Shown piece by piece: positions 39,760 through 50,417 of a stretch of DNA of 64,000 nucleotides (position 1 is its first letter; each line of letters opens with the position of its first letter). Origin of the DNA: Candidatus Dormiibacterota bacterium (lineage in GTDB: Bacteria > Chloroflexota > Dormibacteria > Aeolococcales > Aeolococcaceae). The position numbers and the translations under genes were made by a program. Under the pieces are notes generated by a model. That model was not told where the DNA came from. It saw only the letters and a list, made by a program, of their open reading frames with translations, and ran no database searches. The stretch lies in NCBI GenBank assembly GCA_963789735.1, contig CAWBLV010000006.1:99527-163526 (forward strand), written 5' to 3'.

Positions 39760-40289
39760 TGGGGGATCCTCCGATGGAATGTGTGCTGGGGCGATCGTTC
39801 AAACGTACCGCGGAATGGTTGGTTACGCGGTGGCGTCAGATCTCCATCTCGGGTTCTTGTACGCGCCTTCCCGGGTCCTGGTTCCTGGAGCTTTGTTGCC
39901 TCGGGGTTCTGCCTAACCGGTCACTCACGTGCCGACGCGATCCCCGATCGGGTCGGTTCCCTTACCTTCGTTGCCTGACGAGATCGTGCGTTCCGAGCGG
40001 GATGCTGATCCCGTCGTGATCGCGGTACCGGTCCGTGAGTGCACGACGGTCCCGGCAAGCGGCGCGGCGAAAGCGCTCCCTGCGCCGACAGGAACAGGCA
40101 ACCGACTACGCCGGCAGCAGCCGTAGACGCGATCGTTCGGTGATGGGGGCGGGCGGGAGACTTCTTCATACCGCATTTGTGCATCCACGCCAGCGCATCG
40201 CGCGTGGCGGCATTTCAGACACCAGCGTTACTCCTGCGGCCGGCACGCGCATACCTACCGCCGCGATCCGTTGCTGACTCAGGGCTCCG

Positions 40290-40502
40290 TCACGCCTTCG
40301 GGCGTCGTGGACTGCGCCTCTTGGCGGCGTCTTTGCTCGCGCTCAGGCCCGACGACGGCGGTCCGTCAACCATCAGCTCTTTGCTGACTAGCCCGACACA
40401 TTCGTCGCAGATGAAGGCGTGCGCTCCAGCGATGAGCTTGTTTACCTGGTCCTCCGACCGGCCGCAGAAGGAACACTGGTTCACCGGAGGGGTCGTGCCC
40501 AC
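40290..40502 (-). CDS. Stand-alone ClpX-type C4 zinc-ribbon protein
   Basis: [27 protein letters not shown] matches the ClpX N-terminal zinc-binding domain, and no AAA+ module follows. The start is uncertain (GTG 40502, GTG 40484, or TTG 40634). Confidence 0.6.
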   Translation of the reverse strand: MGTTPPVNQCSFCGRSEDQVNKLIAGAHAFICDECVGLVSKELMVDGPPSSGLSASKDAAKRRSPRRPKA

Positions 40503-40797
40503 GACCCCAGCATAACCTTGGAGCGGTGTCCACCATCCCGGCGTGCCCCACCATCGGGCGGGACGCCGGCGACATGCGAGTGGTTTATTTGGCTCGGATC
40601 TGGCGTCAGTCTCGTGTTTCGCCCATAGAAACAAGGCAGCCCGACTCTGTGGCGGATACTGAAGAACAACGTCGCGTTTCTGACAGAGTTGGAGTCAGCG
40701 CCAATATGGCGCACACTGCGCATATGTGTTTGTTTGCACTTGAGGAAGCCCGCCTGAGCGACTTCGGCGGCGCAACCGTTCTGGTAGGATTGCGACG

Positions 40798-41313
40798 ATG
40801 ATGGATCCTGGAACCTACCTCACTACAGTTGCGGGACGACTGACGCAGGACGGTTTCGAGGTGACGCCCAACGTCGTGATTGGTGATAGACCGGCGGATC
40901 TGTGGGCAGCGCGTAGGAAGTTCCAGGCGACCAAGTTTGGATCGGTGTCCACGTTCGTTGTCGTCAGTCGTCATGAGTCGGTCGACGCGGCGGAACTGGC
41001 GGCGTATTCATCGGCGTGTTTCCAGGCGGCCATGGAACGCACTGGAGGAGTCCGCGGGCTGGGCTCTGCGGGTGTGTGTTACGCGGTTTGTGTCTGCGAA
41101 CACGCTGCCGCGAACCTAGACTCAACAGTGGAGACAACGGCACTCGTTAAGCATTGGGCATCATTCGAGTTTCCTGTTCTGGTCGATCTCGCCGCGAATT
41201 CCGTCGCTTACAACCGCCAGAGGGCGATCTGGGGAGCGGCTTATATTCGTGGTTTCCGTAAGGCCGCCGACAAGTGGCTGCAGCCCGGCGGCTCGCGCGT
41301 GCCGACCGACTGA
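40798..41313 (+). CDS. Hypothetical protein in the low-GC islet
   Basis: 171-aa ORF with an ATG start. Its composition differs from the flanks. No family was recognised. Confidence 0.5.
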   Translation: MMDPGTYLTTVAGRLTQDGFEVTPNVVIGDRPADLWAARRKFQATKFGSVSTFVVVSRHESVDAAELAAYSSACFQAAMERTGGVRGLGSAGVCYAVCVCEHAAANLDSTVETTALVKHWASFEFPVLVDLAANSVAYNRQRAIWGAAYIRGFRKAADKWLQPGGSRVPTD

Positions 41314-41599
41314 GCGTCAAACCACCAGTTAGCTGGTTGGATGTTTGCGGTAGTACGTCTCGTCTGCTTCGTCCGATTTCTTGTACGCGTCCAGGTCCGT
41401 GACTACCTCTTGAAGAATCGTCAATGCCTCGAGGATTGGCCGACCCAGTTCCTCGAACTGGAATGCCGCCGCGAGCCGTCGTCGATCAGTGATACGTAGC
41501 GCCGAAGAATCGACGCGAGGTCAGCGTCAGAGTTAGTCGGGCTCATGGATCAGGGTTCACGCTGCACTCGATCTGCTGCTCGATCTGATCACCAGATGG

Positions 41600-41658
<59 letters not shown>

Positions 41659-41755
41659 TCTGCCTGATGACGTTTTGAGATCAAGCACAGCGTCTAATTT
41701 TGCGGTAACGCTGCTATGGCGCGTCTGATGCCGATAGTGAAGCTGACGGAACCGT

Positions 41756-41986
41756 ATGCTTCCCGCCGGGATGACGCTAGCCCTCGTCGCGCAGTTCGCC
41801 ATCGTCCTTATCCTGATGGCAATATCGGTTTCTGTGCTTGTCGACAAAGGATTCTTAGCCCGACTCTTTGATGCCTATCGGACGCCCGGCGATCGCCGAT
41901 TCTCCGCGATCATCGGCCTCGCTATCTGCTCCGTGGTCCTCGTCGGACTAATTCTCGTCGCGGTAGGAGTCTTTCCGAACGACTAG
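41756..41986 (+). CDS. Small two-helix membrane protein (hypothetical) between the tRNA repeat copies
   Basis: 76 aa with two hydrophobic segments (LALVAQFAIVLILMAISVSVLV; IIGLAICSVVLVGLILVAVGV). No homology was recognised. Confidence 0.35.
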   Translation: MLPAGMTLALVAQFAIVLILMAISVSVLVDKGFLARLFDAYRTPGDRRFSAIIGLAICSVVLVGLILVAVGVFPND

Positions 41987-42204
41987 ATCTGACGACCGTC
42001 AGTAAGCGGTGTCACCGGCAAGGATCAGGACATCGGCAAGTTAGGGCTCTGCAGGCACGTGGCTTCGGAGCGGCGGAGTGATCTGGTCATAGCAGTGGCT
42101 GAGTCGCAGGACGCACCGAATGTTCGCCGGCCCGTCGGCATCGTTGCGAGAATGCTCAGGTACTGGTTCGATGCCGAACGCGCCGAACCGGTGGAGAGCC
42201 GGGC

Positions 42205-42282
<78 letters not shown>

Positions 42283-42391
42283 GCGCCAGAGCCGTGACTG
42301 TACCCCATAGCGCCTTAACCAATACCGCACCACGCCAGCGGGGTCGATCGCGGCATCATTCCAGTTCAGAGAGCTCAACGGAGGTGGTTCC

Positions 42392-44287
42392 ATGGCGGTG
42401 ACCGGCAGTGTCGACACAGGAGCGCTTCCTGCGCTCGACTTCGTGGGCGAGGTTGCCCAGCAGATCCGGGTCGACGGGATCCGCGCGAGCACCAAAGCAG
42501 GGTCGGGGCACCCGACATCGAGCATGTCCGCGGCCGATCTGATCACCGTCCTCGCCGCGCGCCATCTCCGCTACGACTTCGATAACCCCGACCTGGCCAA
42601 CAACGACCATCTCATCTTCTCCAAGGGCCACGCGTCGCCACTCCTCTATGGGCTGTACAAGGCGGTCGGCGCGATCACCGATGAGGAGTTGATGACCTAC
42701 CGGACATTCGGCTCGAGGCTCGAGGGCCATCCGACGCCGATCATCCCGTGGGTCGACGTGGCCACCGGCTCCCTGGGTCAGGGCCTCGCCATTGCCGTCG
42801 GGGTCGCCCTCGCCGGCAAGTACCTGGACCGCCTCCCCTTCCACGTCTGGGTGCTCTGCGGCGACAGCGAGCTGGCCGAGGGGTCCATCTGGGAAGCGCT
42901 CGACAAGGCCGGTCACTACGGCCTTTCCAACCTCACGGCGATTTTCGACGTGAACCGGCTCGGCCAGCGCGGGCCCACCGAGTACGAGTGGGATCTGGAC
43001 GTCTATCGGCGCCGCGTCGAAGCTTTCGGCTGCCGGGCAATCGTCATCGACGGTCACGACCTGACGCAGATCGATGAGGCACTGTCCTCGGCGCGTTCTG
43101 ACGGCGACCGGCCGAGTGTTGTCATCGCCCGCACCATCAAGGGCAAGGGATTCTCGGAAATCGAGAACAAGGACGGCTGGCACGGCAAGGCACTGCCGCC
43201 GGACATGGCCGTACGAGCAATCGCGGAGCTTGGCGGTGAGCGTGACTTGCGCATTGACGTGCGGCCGCCGGAGGCGCTCGAGTCCGCGTCGGCGAGCGCG
43301 ACCAACTCCGCAGTTGATCTCCCGACGTACAACATCGGAGACAAGGTCGCGACACGCAAGGCATACGGCGATGCATTGCGCGCACTCGGCGCGCGTCACG
43401 ACGTTGTTGCCCTTGACGGCGAGGTGAGCAACTCGACGCATGCCGATGAGTTCAAGGCCGCGTATCCCGATCGGTTCTTCGAGATGTTCATCGCGGAACA
43501 GCAGATGGTCGCGAGCGCTGTCGGTTTGTCGGTTCGCGGATACACGCCGTTCGCGTCGACGTTCGCGGCGTTCTTCTCTCGCGCATACGACTTCGTCCGC
43601 ATGGCCGGCGTTTCCGAGGTGACTGTCCGTCTTTCCGGCTCACACGCCGGCTGCGAGATCGGTGCGGACGGCCCGTCGCAGATGGCGCTCGAGGACATCG
43701 CGTCGCTGCGCGCCGTGCACACGTCGACCGTCCTGTATCCGAGCGACGCGGTGTCGGCCGCGAAACTCGTTGCGCAGATGGCCGATCTCAAAGGCATCAG
43801 CTACATCCGCACCACGCGCGGCGCGTATCCCGTCATCTACGACAACGACGAGGAGTTCCCGGTCGGCGGATCCAAGGTGGTGCGCCAATCGACGAATGAC
43901 GTCGTGACTCTGATCGGCGCAGGCGTGACGTTGCACCACTGCATCGACGCGGCCGAACGCCTGACGAGCACGGGCATCGCCTGCCGTGTGATCGACCTCT
44001 ACTCGGTGAAGCCGATCGACGTCGTGACCCTGCGTGAGGCAAGCGACGCGACGGCAGGACGATTCGTCATCGTCGAGGACCACTACCCGCAGGGCGGTCT
44101 CGCAGCCGCCGTGATGGAGGCGCTCGCGCTTGAGGAGAACCCACCGCGCGTGACGCATCTCGCCGTGCGTGGCCTTCCCGGGTCCGCGAGCCCGGAGGAA
44201 CTGATGGCAGCCGCAGGGATCGACGCCGATGCGATTGTCGCCGCAGTGAATACCCTGGTGGGCGCCGGCGCGGAGGTCAACGCGTGA
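42392..44287 (+). CDS. tkt: Transketolase (short, about 630-aa type)
   Basis: AGSGHPTSSMSAADL ThDP-binding N-terminus, GDSELAEGSIWEA, and a C-terminal transketolase domain. 631 aa. Confidence 0.9.
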   Translation: MAVTGSVDTGALPALDFVGEVAQQIRVDGIRASTKAGSGHPTSSMSAADLITVLAARHLRYDFDNPDLANNDHLIFSKGHASPLLYGLYKAVGAITDEELMTYRTFGSRLEGHPTPIIPWVDVATGSLGQGLAIAVGVALAGKYLDRLPFHVWVLCGDSELAEGSIWEALDKAGHYGLSNLTAIFDVNRLGQRGPTEYEWDLDVYRRRVEAFGCRAIVIDGHDLTQIDEALSSARSDGDRPSVVIARTIKGKGFSEIENKDGWHGKALPPDMAVRAIAELGGERDLRIDVRPPEALESASASATNSAVDLPTYNIGDKVATRKAYGDALRALGARHDVVALDGEVSNSTHADEFKAAYPDRFFEMFIAEQQMVASAVGLSVRGYTPFASTFAAFFSRAYDFVRMAGVSEVTVRLSGSHAGCEIGADGPSQMALEDIASLRAVHTSTVLYPSDAVSAAKLVAQMADLKGISYIRTTRGAYPVIYDNDEEFPVGGSKVVRQSTNDVVTLIGAGVTLHHCIDAAERLTSTGIACRVIDLYSVKPIDVVTLREASDATAGRFVIVEDHYPQGGLAAAVMEALALEENPPRVTHLAVRGLPGSASPEELMAAAGIDADAIVAAVNTLVGAGAEVNA

Positions 44288-47097
44288 CAACGCCCCTCCA
44301 GCAACTCGGCGAGCGTGGCCAGTCGGTCTGGCTCGACTTCATCAGCCGCGAACTCGTCACCACCGGTCAGCTGCAACGTCGCGTCGCCGACGAGAACGTC
44401 ACCGGGCTCACGAGCAACCCCACCATCTTCCAGAAGGCGATCGCCGAGGGAAACCTCTACGACGCGCAGATCCGCGAACTGATCAACTCCGGGATCGACG
44501 ATCCCAATGACGTCTTCACCGAGCTGGCGATCACCGATATCCAGGGCGCCGCGGACATCCTCCGCCCGGTGCATGAGCGCACGGGCGGCGCTGACGGCTA
44601 CGTGAGCCTCGAGGTGCCGCCGTCGCTCTCGCACAACACGGACGCCACCATCGCGACTGCGCGGACGCTCTGGGAGCGGGTCGACCGCCCCAACCTCATG
44701 ATCAAGATCCCGGCAACGCTCGAGGGCATGCCCGCGATCCACCGGACCATCGCCGACGGGCGCAACGTGAACGTGACCCTGATCTTTGCCCTCGCGATGC
44801 ACGAACGCGTGATCGAGCAGTACATATCCGCGCTCGAGGTGCGGCACAAGGACGGACAGTCGCTGGACGTGCATTCGGTTGCATCGTTCTTCGTGAGCCG
44901 CGTTGACACGCTCGTGGACAAGCTGCTCGAGGAGAAGCTCGCGGCCGATCCCGGAAATGCGCTCATCGAGGGCTTGCTGGGCAAAGCGGCGATCGCCAAT
45001 GCGGTCCTCGCGTACGAGCTGTTCGAACAGCGCTTCGGCGGCGAGCGTTTTGCGCCCCTGCGCGCCGCCGGCGGCCATGTGCAGCGTCCCCTCTGGGCAA
45101 GCACCAGCGCCAAGAATCCCAACTATCGCGACGTGGTCTACGCGGAAGCGCTGATCGGTCCGGACACCGTGGACACAATGCCGCCCGCAACCATCGAGGC
45201 TTTCCTCGATCACGGCGTCGTTGCCGGCGACACGGTCAAGGCCGACTACCCGGGCGCACACCGGGTGATGGACCAGCTCGCCGAGGCCGGCATCGACATG
45301 GAGGCCGTCACGCAGAAGCTGCTCGATGACGGCGTGAAGCAGTTCGCGGACTCGTACAACGAGTTGATCCGCGGGATCGCGGAAAAGATCGACACCATGG
45401 GTTCTGGATACTCGAAGCGCCAGCACTTCAACACTGGCGCAGCCGCAGTACCGCTCGATACCCCCGCGGCGACGGACATCGCCACGGGCATCTGGCATCG
45501 GGACCCGAATGTCTGGAAGCCTGGTGACGCAGCCGCAGCACTGGTGATCAACAACCGCCTTGGCTGGCTCGATGTCGTCGGCGCTATGCACGAGCAGCTT
45601 CCGGCGCTGAAGGCGCTAGCAATTGAGGTTCGTGAGGCGGGATGGCGCGACTGCATCGTGCTCGGAATGGGCGGCTCGAGCCTGTGCCCCGAAGTGCTGC
45701 GCAGCTCTTTCGGAAGCGCCGAAGGTCAACCAACGCTCCACGTGCTCGACACGACCGACCCACTCGCGATCACGCGAGTGACGGGAGCAACGGATGCGGC
45801 GACGACTGGATACATCGTGTCGAGCAAGTCGGGCACGACGGTGGAAACACTGTCGCACCTCGCACATTTCTGGGAGCGGACGCAAGCCGTTGGCGATGAC
45901 ACCGGCTCGCACTTCATCGCAGTCACCGATCCTGGAACCGGGCTCGCCAACACCGCGCGCGAGCGCGGCTTCCGGCATCTGTACAAGAACCCACCGGACA
46001 TCGGCGGCCGCTACTCCGCGCTGAGCATGTTCGGCCTGGTGCCGGCGGCGATCGCGGGAATTGACTGCGAGTTGCTCCTGGCGCGCGCCGCGGATATGCG
46101 CAGAAACTGCGCAGCAGGTGTCCCCGGCGACCTCAATGGTGGCTCAGCCCTCGGCACGATCATGGGTGCGCTCCACGACCTGGGGCGCGACAAGGTCACC
46201 ATCCTCGCGCCGAAGGAAATCGAGGCGTACTCGCTGTGGGCGGAGCAACTCATCGCAGAGAGCACCGGCAAGGAAGGCAAGGGAATCATCCCCATCGGCG
46301 ACGAGCCGATCGGCGCGCCTTCCGTGTACTCCAACGACCGGCTGTTCGTTGCGCTGCGGCTCGGCGACAACGCCGACTTCGATCGCTCCGTTGACGAGTT
46401 GGAGAGTGCGGGGCATCCGGTGATCCGCTTCGACCTCGTCGACAAGTACGACCTCGCTGCCGAGTTTTTCCGTTGGGAGTTCGCAACAGCGGTGGCGGGT
46501 GCGCATCTCTCGATCGACGCCTTCGACGAGCCCAACGTCAAGGAATCGAAGGACAACACGCAGGCGGTGCTGCGGCAGTACGAGCAGACCGGATCGCTGC
46601 CCGAGGAGACTGCAGCAGTCACCGACGGCGCCCTACGCTTCTACGGCGACGTCACCGGCACGAGCGCAGGCGGGGCACTCGCGCAACATCTCGACACGGC
46701 AAACCCCGGCGACTACGTCGCGCTGATGGCGTATGTCACGCCCGACGACAGCAACTACGCCGCCTTGCAGCACCTGCGCATCGCCATCCGCAACTCGCGC
46801 AAGCTCGCCACAACGCTCGGTATCGGTCCGCGATTCCTGCACAGCACCGGTCAGTTGCACAAGGGCGGCCCGAACACCGGCGTCTACATCCAGATCACCG
46901 CGGATGACGGAACCGATGTCACGATCCCCGGCTCGCCCTACACGTTCTCGATTCTCAAGCGAGCGCAGTCGGCGGGAGACCTCCAGTCATTGCGCAATCA
47001 CGGCCGGCGCGTCATCCGCGTCCACATCGCGGGCGACCTCGCCGCGGGGCTCGCAAGCCTCACCGACGCAGTCACCGCAACCACGGCGGCGCACTGA
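44284..47097 (+). CDS. Bifunctional transaldolase / glucose-6-phosphate isomerase
   Basis: The N-terminal about 370 aa is transaldolase-like (GQSVWLDFISR...VTGLTSNPTIF...MIKIPAT). The C-terminal about 560 aa is PGI-like (IVLGMGGSSL...VSSKSGTTVET...GGRYSALS). GTGA overlap with tkt. Confidence 0.9.
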   Translation: MTTPLQQLGERGQSVWLDFISRELVTTGQLQRRVADENVTGLTSNPTIFQKAIAEGNLYDAQIRELINSGIDDPNDVFTELAITDIQGAADILRPVHERTGGADGYVSLEVPPSLSHNTDATIATARTLWERVDRPNLMIKIPATLEGMPAIHRTIADGRNVNVTLIFALAMHERVIEQYISALEVRHKDGQSLDVHSVASFFVSRVDTLVDKLLEEKLAADPGNALIEGLLGKAAIANAVLAYELFEQRFGGERFAPLRAAGGHVQRPLWASTSAKNPNYRDVVYAEALIGPDTVDTMPPATIEAFLDHGVVAGDTVKADYPGAHRVMDQLAEAGIDMEAVTQKLLDDGVKQFADSYNELIRGIAEKIDTMGSGYSKRQHFNTGAAAVPLDTPAATDIATGIWHRDPNVWKPGDAAAALVINNRLGWLDVVGAMHEQLPALKALAIEVREAGWRDCIVLGMGGSSLCPEVLRSSFGSAEGQPTLHVLDTTDPLAITRVTGATDAATTGYIVSSKSGTTVETLSHLAHFWERTQAVGDDTGSHFIAVTDPGTGLANTARERGFRHLYKNPPDIGGRYSALSMFGLVPAAIAGIDCELLLARAADMRRNCAAGVPGDLNGGSALGTIMGALHDLGRDKVTILAPKEIEAYSLWAEQLIAESTGKEGKGIIPIGDEPIGAPSVYSNDRLFVALRLGDNADFDRSVDELESAGHPVIRFDLVDKYDLAAEFFRWEFATAVAGAHLSIDAFDEPNVKESKDNTQAVLRQYEQTGSLPEETAAVTDGALRFYGDVTGTSAGGALAQHLDTANPGDYVALMAYVTPDDSNYAALQHLRIAIRNSRKLATTLGIGPRFLHSTGQLHKGGPNTGVYIQITADDGTDVTIPGSPYTFSILKRAQSAGDLQSLRNHGRRVIRVHIAGDLAAGLASLTDAVTATTAAH

Positions 47098-47128
47098 GCG
47101 CGGCCATCACATCGAAGGACTCACCACC

Positions 47129-48061
47129 ATGCAGATCGGCTTTGTCGGGCTCGGCAGGATGGGCGCCAACATGGTGCACCGGCTCCGTCGCGACGGTGAT
47201 CACGCCGTTGTTGCATACGATCCCAACCCGGAAGCTCGCGCGAGCGTCGAGGCGTTCGGCGCCACCACCACGGAGAGCATCGATCAACTCATCGCGGCGC
47301 TCGACAAGCCCCGCGGCGTCTGGATCATGGTGCCTTCGGGAAAGATCACCGACGACACCGTTGCGGCGCTGCAGTCGCTGCTCGAGAAAGGCGACACGAT
47401 CATCGATGGCGGCAACAGCAATTACCACGACTCGATCGCTCGCGCGACGAGCAGCGCCGAGCGGGGCATCAGCTTTATCGACGCTGGAACCAGCGGCGGT
47501 ATCTGGGGTCTCGAGGTCGGGTACTGCCTGATGGCCGGCGGCGAGAAAGAGAACGTCGACCACTGGCGCCCCATCTTCAACACGCTCGCTCCACCCGACG
47601 GCTTCCTGCATGTCGGGCCACCAGGCGCCGGGCACTTCGTGAAGATGGTGCACAACGGCATCGAGTACGGGATGCTCCAGGCGTACGCGGAGGGGTTCGC
47701 CATCATGCAGGCGAAGCAGGACTTTGGAGAGCTCGACCTGCATGCGATTGCGCACCTCTGGAACCAGGGGAGCGTGGTGCGCTCGTGGTTGCTCGAGCTT
47801 GCGGAGCTCGCGTTTGGGCGCGACCCGCAGCTGGACCAGTTGCGCGGGTGGGTCGACAACTCGGGCGAGGGACGGTGGACGCTCGAGGAGTCGATGCAAC
47901 TCTCAGTGCCCGCGCCCGTGCTCGCGATGTCGCTGATGATGCGGTATCAGTCACGGCTGCCGGACGGCTTCGGGAACAAGGTCATCGCGGCGCTGCGAAA
48001 CGAATTCGGTGGACACGCCGTGAAAGCGGAGACCACCTCGGGGACACCGGCATCACACTGA
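47129..48061 (+). CDS. gnd: 6-phosphogluconate dehydrogenase, decarboxylating (short about 300-aa form)
   Basis: MQIGFVGLGRMGANM Rossmann N-terminus, GHFVKMVHNGIEYG, and C-terminal RNEFGGHA. 310 aa. Confidence 0.9.
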   Translation: MQIGFVGLGRMGANMVHRLRRDGDHAVVAYDPNPEARASVEAFGATTTESIDQLIAALDKPRGVWIMVPSGKITDDTVAALQSLLEKGDTIIDGGNSNYHDSIARATSSAERGISFIDAGTSGGIWGLEVGYCLMAGGEKENVDHWRPIFNTLAPPDGFLHVGPPGAGHFVKMVHNGIEYGMLQAYAEGFAIMQAKQDFGELDLHAIAHLWNQGSVVRSWLLELAELAFGRDPQLDQLRGWVDNSGEGRWTLEESMQLSVPAPVLAMSLMMRYQSRLPDGFGNKVIAALRNEFGGHAVKAETTSGTPASH

Positions 48062-49617
48062 CCGCGGAGCACCCGCTCCTCGAACGCCGCCGCGAGCCGC
48101 GCACACCGGTCCCGTTCTGCGTCGTCATTTTCGGCGCGAGTGGCGACCTCACCAAGCGCAAGCTTGTCCCAGCGCTGTATGCGCTCGCGTCTGAGGGGGC
48201 CCTGCCCGACGGGTTCACGGTTATCGGCGCGGGACGCAGCGATTTCACCGAGGGACAGTTCCTCGCGGATATGCGCGAAGGAGTCGAGCAATTCGGCCGC
48301 GTTCACCTGACCACTGAGGGATGGGACAAGTTCGCCGCTGGTCTGCAGTACGTCGAATACGACATGAATGCGCCAGACGGGTTCGAGGCCCTCAAGCGGG
48401 CACTGGCGAAGACCGACAAAGAACGCGGGACCAACGGCAACCACCTCCTCTACTTCAGCACGCCGCCGAATGCGGTCATACCGCTCGTGGAGCGTCTGCA
48501 CGCGGCCGGCCTCACGGCGCAGCCGCAAGGAACCTTCGTGCGCGTGATCATCGAGAAGCCCTTCGGACGCGACCTCGCAACGGCGCGCGAACTGAACGAG
48601 CGCCTGCACACCGCCTTGCTCGAAGAGCAGATCTATCGAATCGACCACTATCTCGGCAAGGAGACGGTGCAGAACCTGCTGGTCTTCCGTTTCGCCAACG
48701 GCATCTTCGAGCCGTTGTGGAACCGCCAGTACATCGACCATGTGCAGATCACCGTGGCGGAAGAGATCGGTGTCGAGGGCCGCGGCTCGTACTACGAGGA
48801 AGCGGGTGCGCTGCGCGACATCGTGCAGAACCACATCATGCAACTCGTCGCGATCATGGGCATGGAGGCGCCGTCGAACTTCCAGGCTGAGATGGTTCGC
48901 GATGAGAAGGTGAAGTTGCTGCGAGCCGTGCGGCCGATCCATCCCGACGACGCGCTCTCGCATTCCGTTCGCGGGCAATACTCCGCAGGCTTCATCAACG
49001 GCGAACCGGTTCCCGGCTATCGCGAGGAGAAAGGCGTCGCTCCCGACTCCCTGCGCGAGACCTTCGTTGCCATCAAGGTCGACATCGACAACTGGCGCTG
49101 GGCCGGCACACCCTTCTATCTGCGCACCGGTAAACGACTCCCGAAACGCTCGACGGAAATCGTCATCCAGTTTCGCCGTGTCCCCCATTCACCGTTCGCG
49201 GGCAGCGTGCCGCTCGCCGCGGGCCAGGTGCCCGAGGACGGCATCGACCCCAACCTCCTCATCCTGCGCATTCAGCCGGATGAGGGCATCACGCTCCGCT
49301 TCGGCGCGAAGATTCCCGGTCAGGCGTTGCGTATCGAGTCCGTGAACATGGACTTCATGTACGGCACCGCATTTCAGGAGCAATCGCCCGACGCGTATGA
49401 ACGCCTCCTGCTCGACTGCATGCTCGGCGACCCGACGCTCTTCGCTCGCGAGGACGAGGTCGAGGAAGCGTGGCGTTTCTGCACGGCGATTCTCGACGGA
49501 TGGCGCGCGCATCCACCCGACCGCACGCACAGCCCCAACTACGCGGCGGGAACATGGGGCCCGGAAGACGCGCAGGCATTCATGGCGCGCGACGGACGCG
49601 CCTGGCATATTCCCTGA
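48058..49617 (+). CDS. zwf: Glucose-6-phosphate dehydrogenase
   Basis: IFGASGDLTKRKL and RIDHYLGKE motifs are present. The 5' end is uncertain. No ATG/GTG/TTG lies between the gnd stop and the NADP motif; CTG 48058 (CTGA overlap with the gnd stop) or ATC 48052 are the only nearby candidates. Confidence 0.85.
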   Translation: MTAEHPLLERRREPRTPVPFCVVIFGASGDLTKRKLVPALYALASEGALPDGFTVIGAGRSDFTEGQFLADMREGVEQFGRVHLTTEGWDKFAAGLQYVEYDMNAPDGFEALKRALAKTDKERGTNGNHLLYFSTPPNAVIPLVERLHAAGLTAQPQGTFVRVIIEKPFGRDLATARELNERLHTALLEEQIYRIDHYLGKETVQNLLVFRFANGIFEPLWNRQYIDHVQITVAEEIGVEGRGSYYEEAGALRDIVQNHIMQLVAIMGMEAPSNFQAEMVRDEKVKLLRAVRPIHPDDALSHSVRGQYSAGFINGEPVPGYREEKGVAPDSLRETFVAIKVDIDNWRWAGTPFYLRTGKRLPKRSTEIVIQFRRVPHSPFAGSVPLAAGQVPEDGIDPNLLILRIQPDEGITLRFGAKIPGQALRIESVNMDFMYGTAFQEQSPDAYERLLLDCMLGDPTLFAREDEVEEAWRFCTAILDGWRAHPPDRTHSPNYAAGTWGPEDAQAFMARDGRAWHIP

Positions 49618-49618
49618 C

Positions 49619-50365
49619 ATGGCCCCACGGGATGCGCTGAGCGATCTCGCCGGCGAGCGCATCGTGAGTCGGACGCCGCAGGACGTCGCGGACTCGGTCG
49701 CGCACTGGATTGCGACGCAAGCCCGCCGCGCAAACGAAGACCACGGGAGCTTCTCGATCGCGCTGTCGGGCGGCAGCACGCCGCGCCTGCTCAACTCGCT
49801 CCTCGCCGGACCCGACTGGAAAGACCGGATCGACTGGGGCATGTGGGACGTGTTCTTCGCCGATGAACGCGCGTGCCCGCCGGACGACCCGGCGAGCAAC
49901 TACTCGCTTGCCGAGACCACGCTGCTGACCCATGTGCCAATCGATCCGGAGCGTGTGCATCGCATGCACGCGGAGCGCACCGACCTGGACGCGGCCGCTG
50001 CGGAGTATTCCGACCTCCTTGCCACTTCCCTGCCCACCGCCAAAAATGGCGCGCCGCAGCTTGACCTGGTGCTCCTCGGGCTCGGTGAGAACGGCCATAC
50101 CGCCTCCCTGTTTCCGGGGACACCGGCGCTCGAGGTCACCGATCACTGGGCAACACGAGGTCTCGCGGATTACGCGCCATTTGACCGGATCACGTTGACC
50201 TACCCGACTATCAATGCCGCCGTGGCCGTCGGATTCATGGTCACCGGCGCCGCCAAGCACGAGGCGCTCACTGCCACCGCGAGGGGCGAAGTGCCGGCCT
50301 CCCGCATCCGCCCGACCGACGGGATGCTGGCGTGGTTCCTGGACGCGGCTGCCGCGGCAGAGTGA
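49619..50365 (+). CDS. pgl: 6-phosphogluconolactonase
   Basis: ALSGGSTP, FFADER and LLGLGENGHTASLFP motifs are present. ATG lies 1 nt after the zwf stop. Confidence 0.85.
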   Translation: MAPRDALSDLAGERIVSRTPQDVADSVAHWIATQARRANEDHGSFSIALSGGSTPRLLNSLLAGPDWKDRIDWGMWDVFFADERACPPDDPASNYSLAETTLLTHVPIDPERVHRMHAERTDLDAAAAEYSDLLATSLPTAKNGAPQLDLVLLGLGENGHTASLFPGTPALEVTDHWATRGLADYAPFDRITLTYPTINAAVAVGFMVTGAAKHEALTATARGEVPASRIRPTDGMLAWFLDAAAAAE

Positions 50366-50417
50366 CGGCTCGGAGAATTTCGGCAGTCCGCTGACCCGCC
50401 TCTGCCAGAATCCGCGG

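Noticed and set aside
39760-40289. A 530-bp stretch with two overlapping minus-strand ORFs (39921-40184 and 39925-40188). One begins with a signal-peptide-like MKKSPARPHHRTIASTAAAGVVGCLFLSA.
   Set aside because: The two ORFs are mutually exclusive and have Arg/Pro/Ser-rich bodies. There is no motif, no convincing RBS and no clear frameshift join. The stretch is left unannotated.
41330-41546. A possible small gene on the minus strand. MSPTNSDADLASILRRYVSLIDDG... is in one frame, and ...AAFQFEELGRPILEALTILQEVVTDLDAYKKSDEADETYYRKHPTS is in another.
   Set aside because: Neither frame alone gives an ORF with a start and reasonable length. The putative junction does not show the GA(G/C)TC+1 context of the other frameshifts. 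I recognise no family. It may be a gene remnant of the decayed element, but it is not supportable as a feature.
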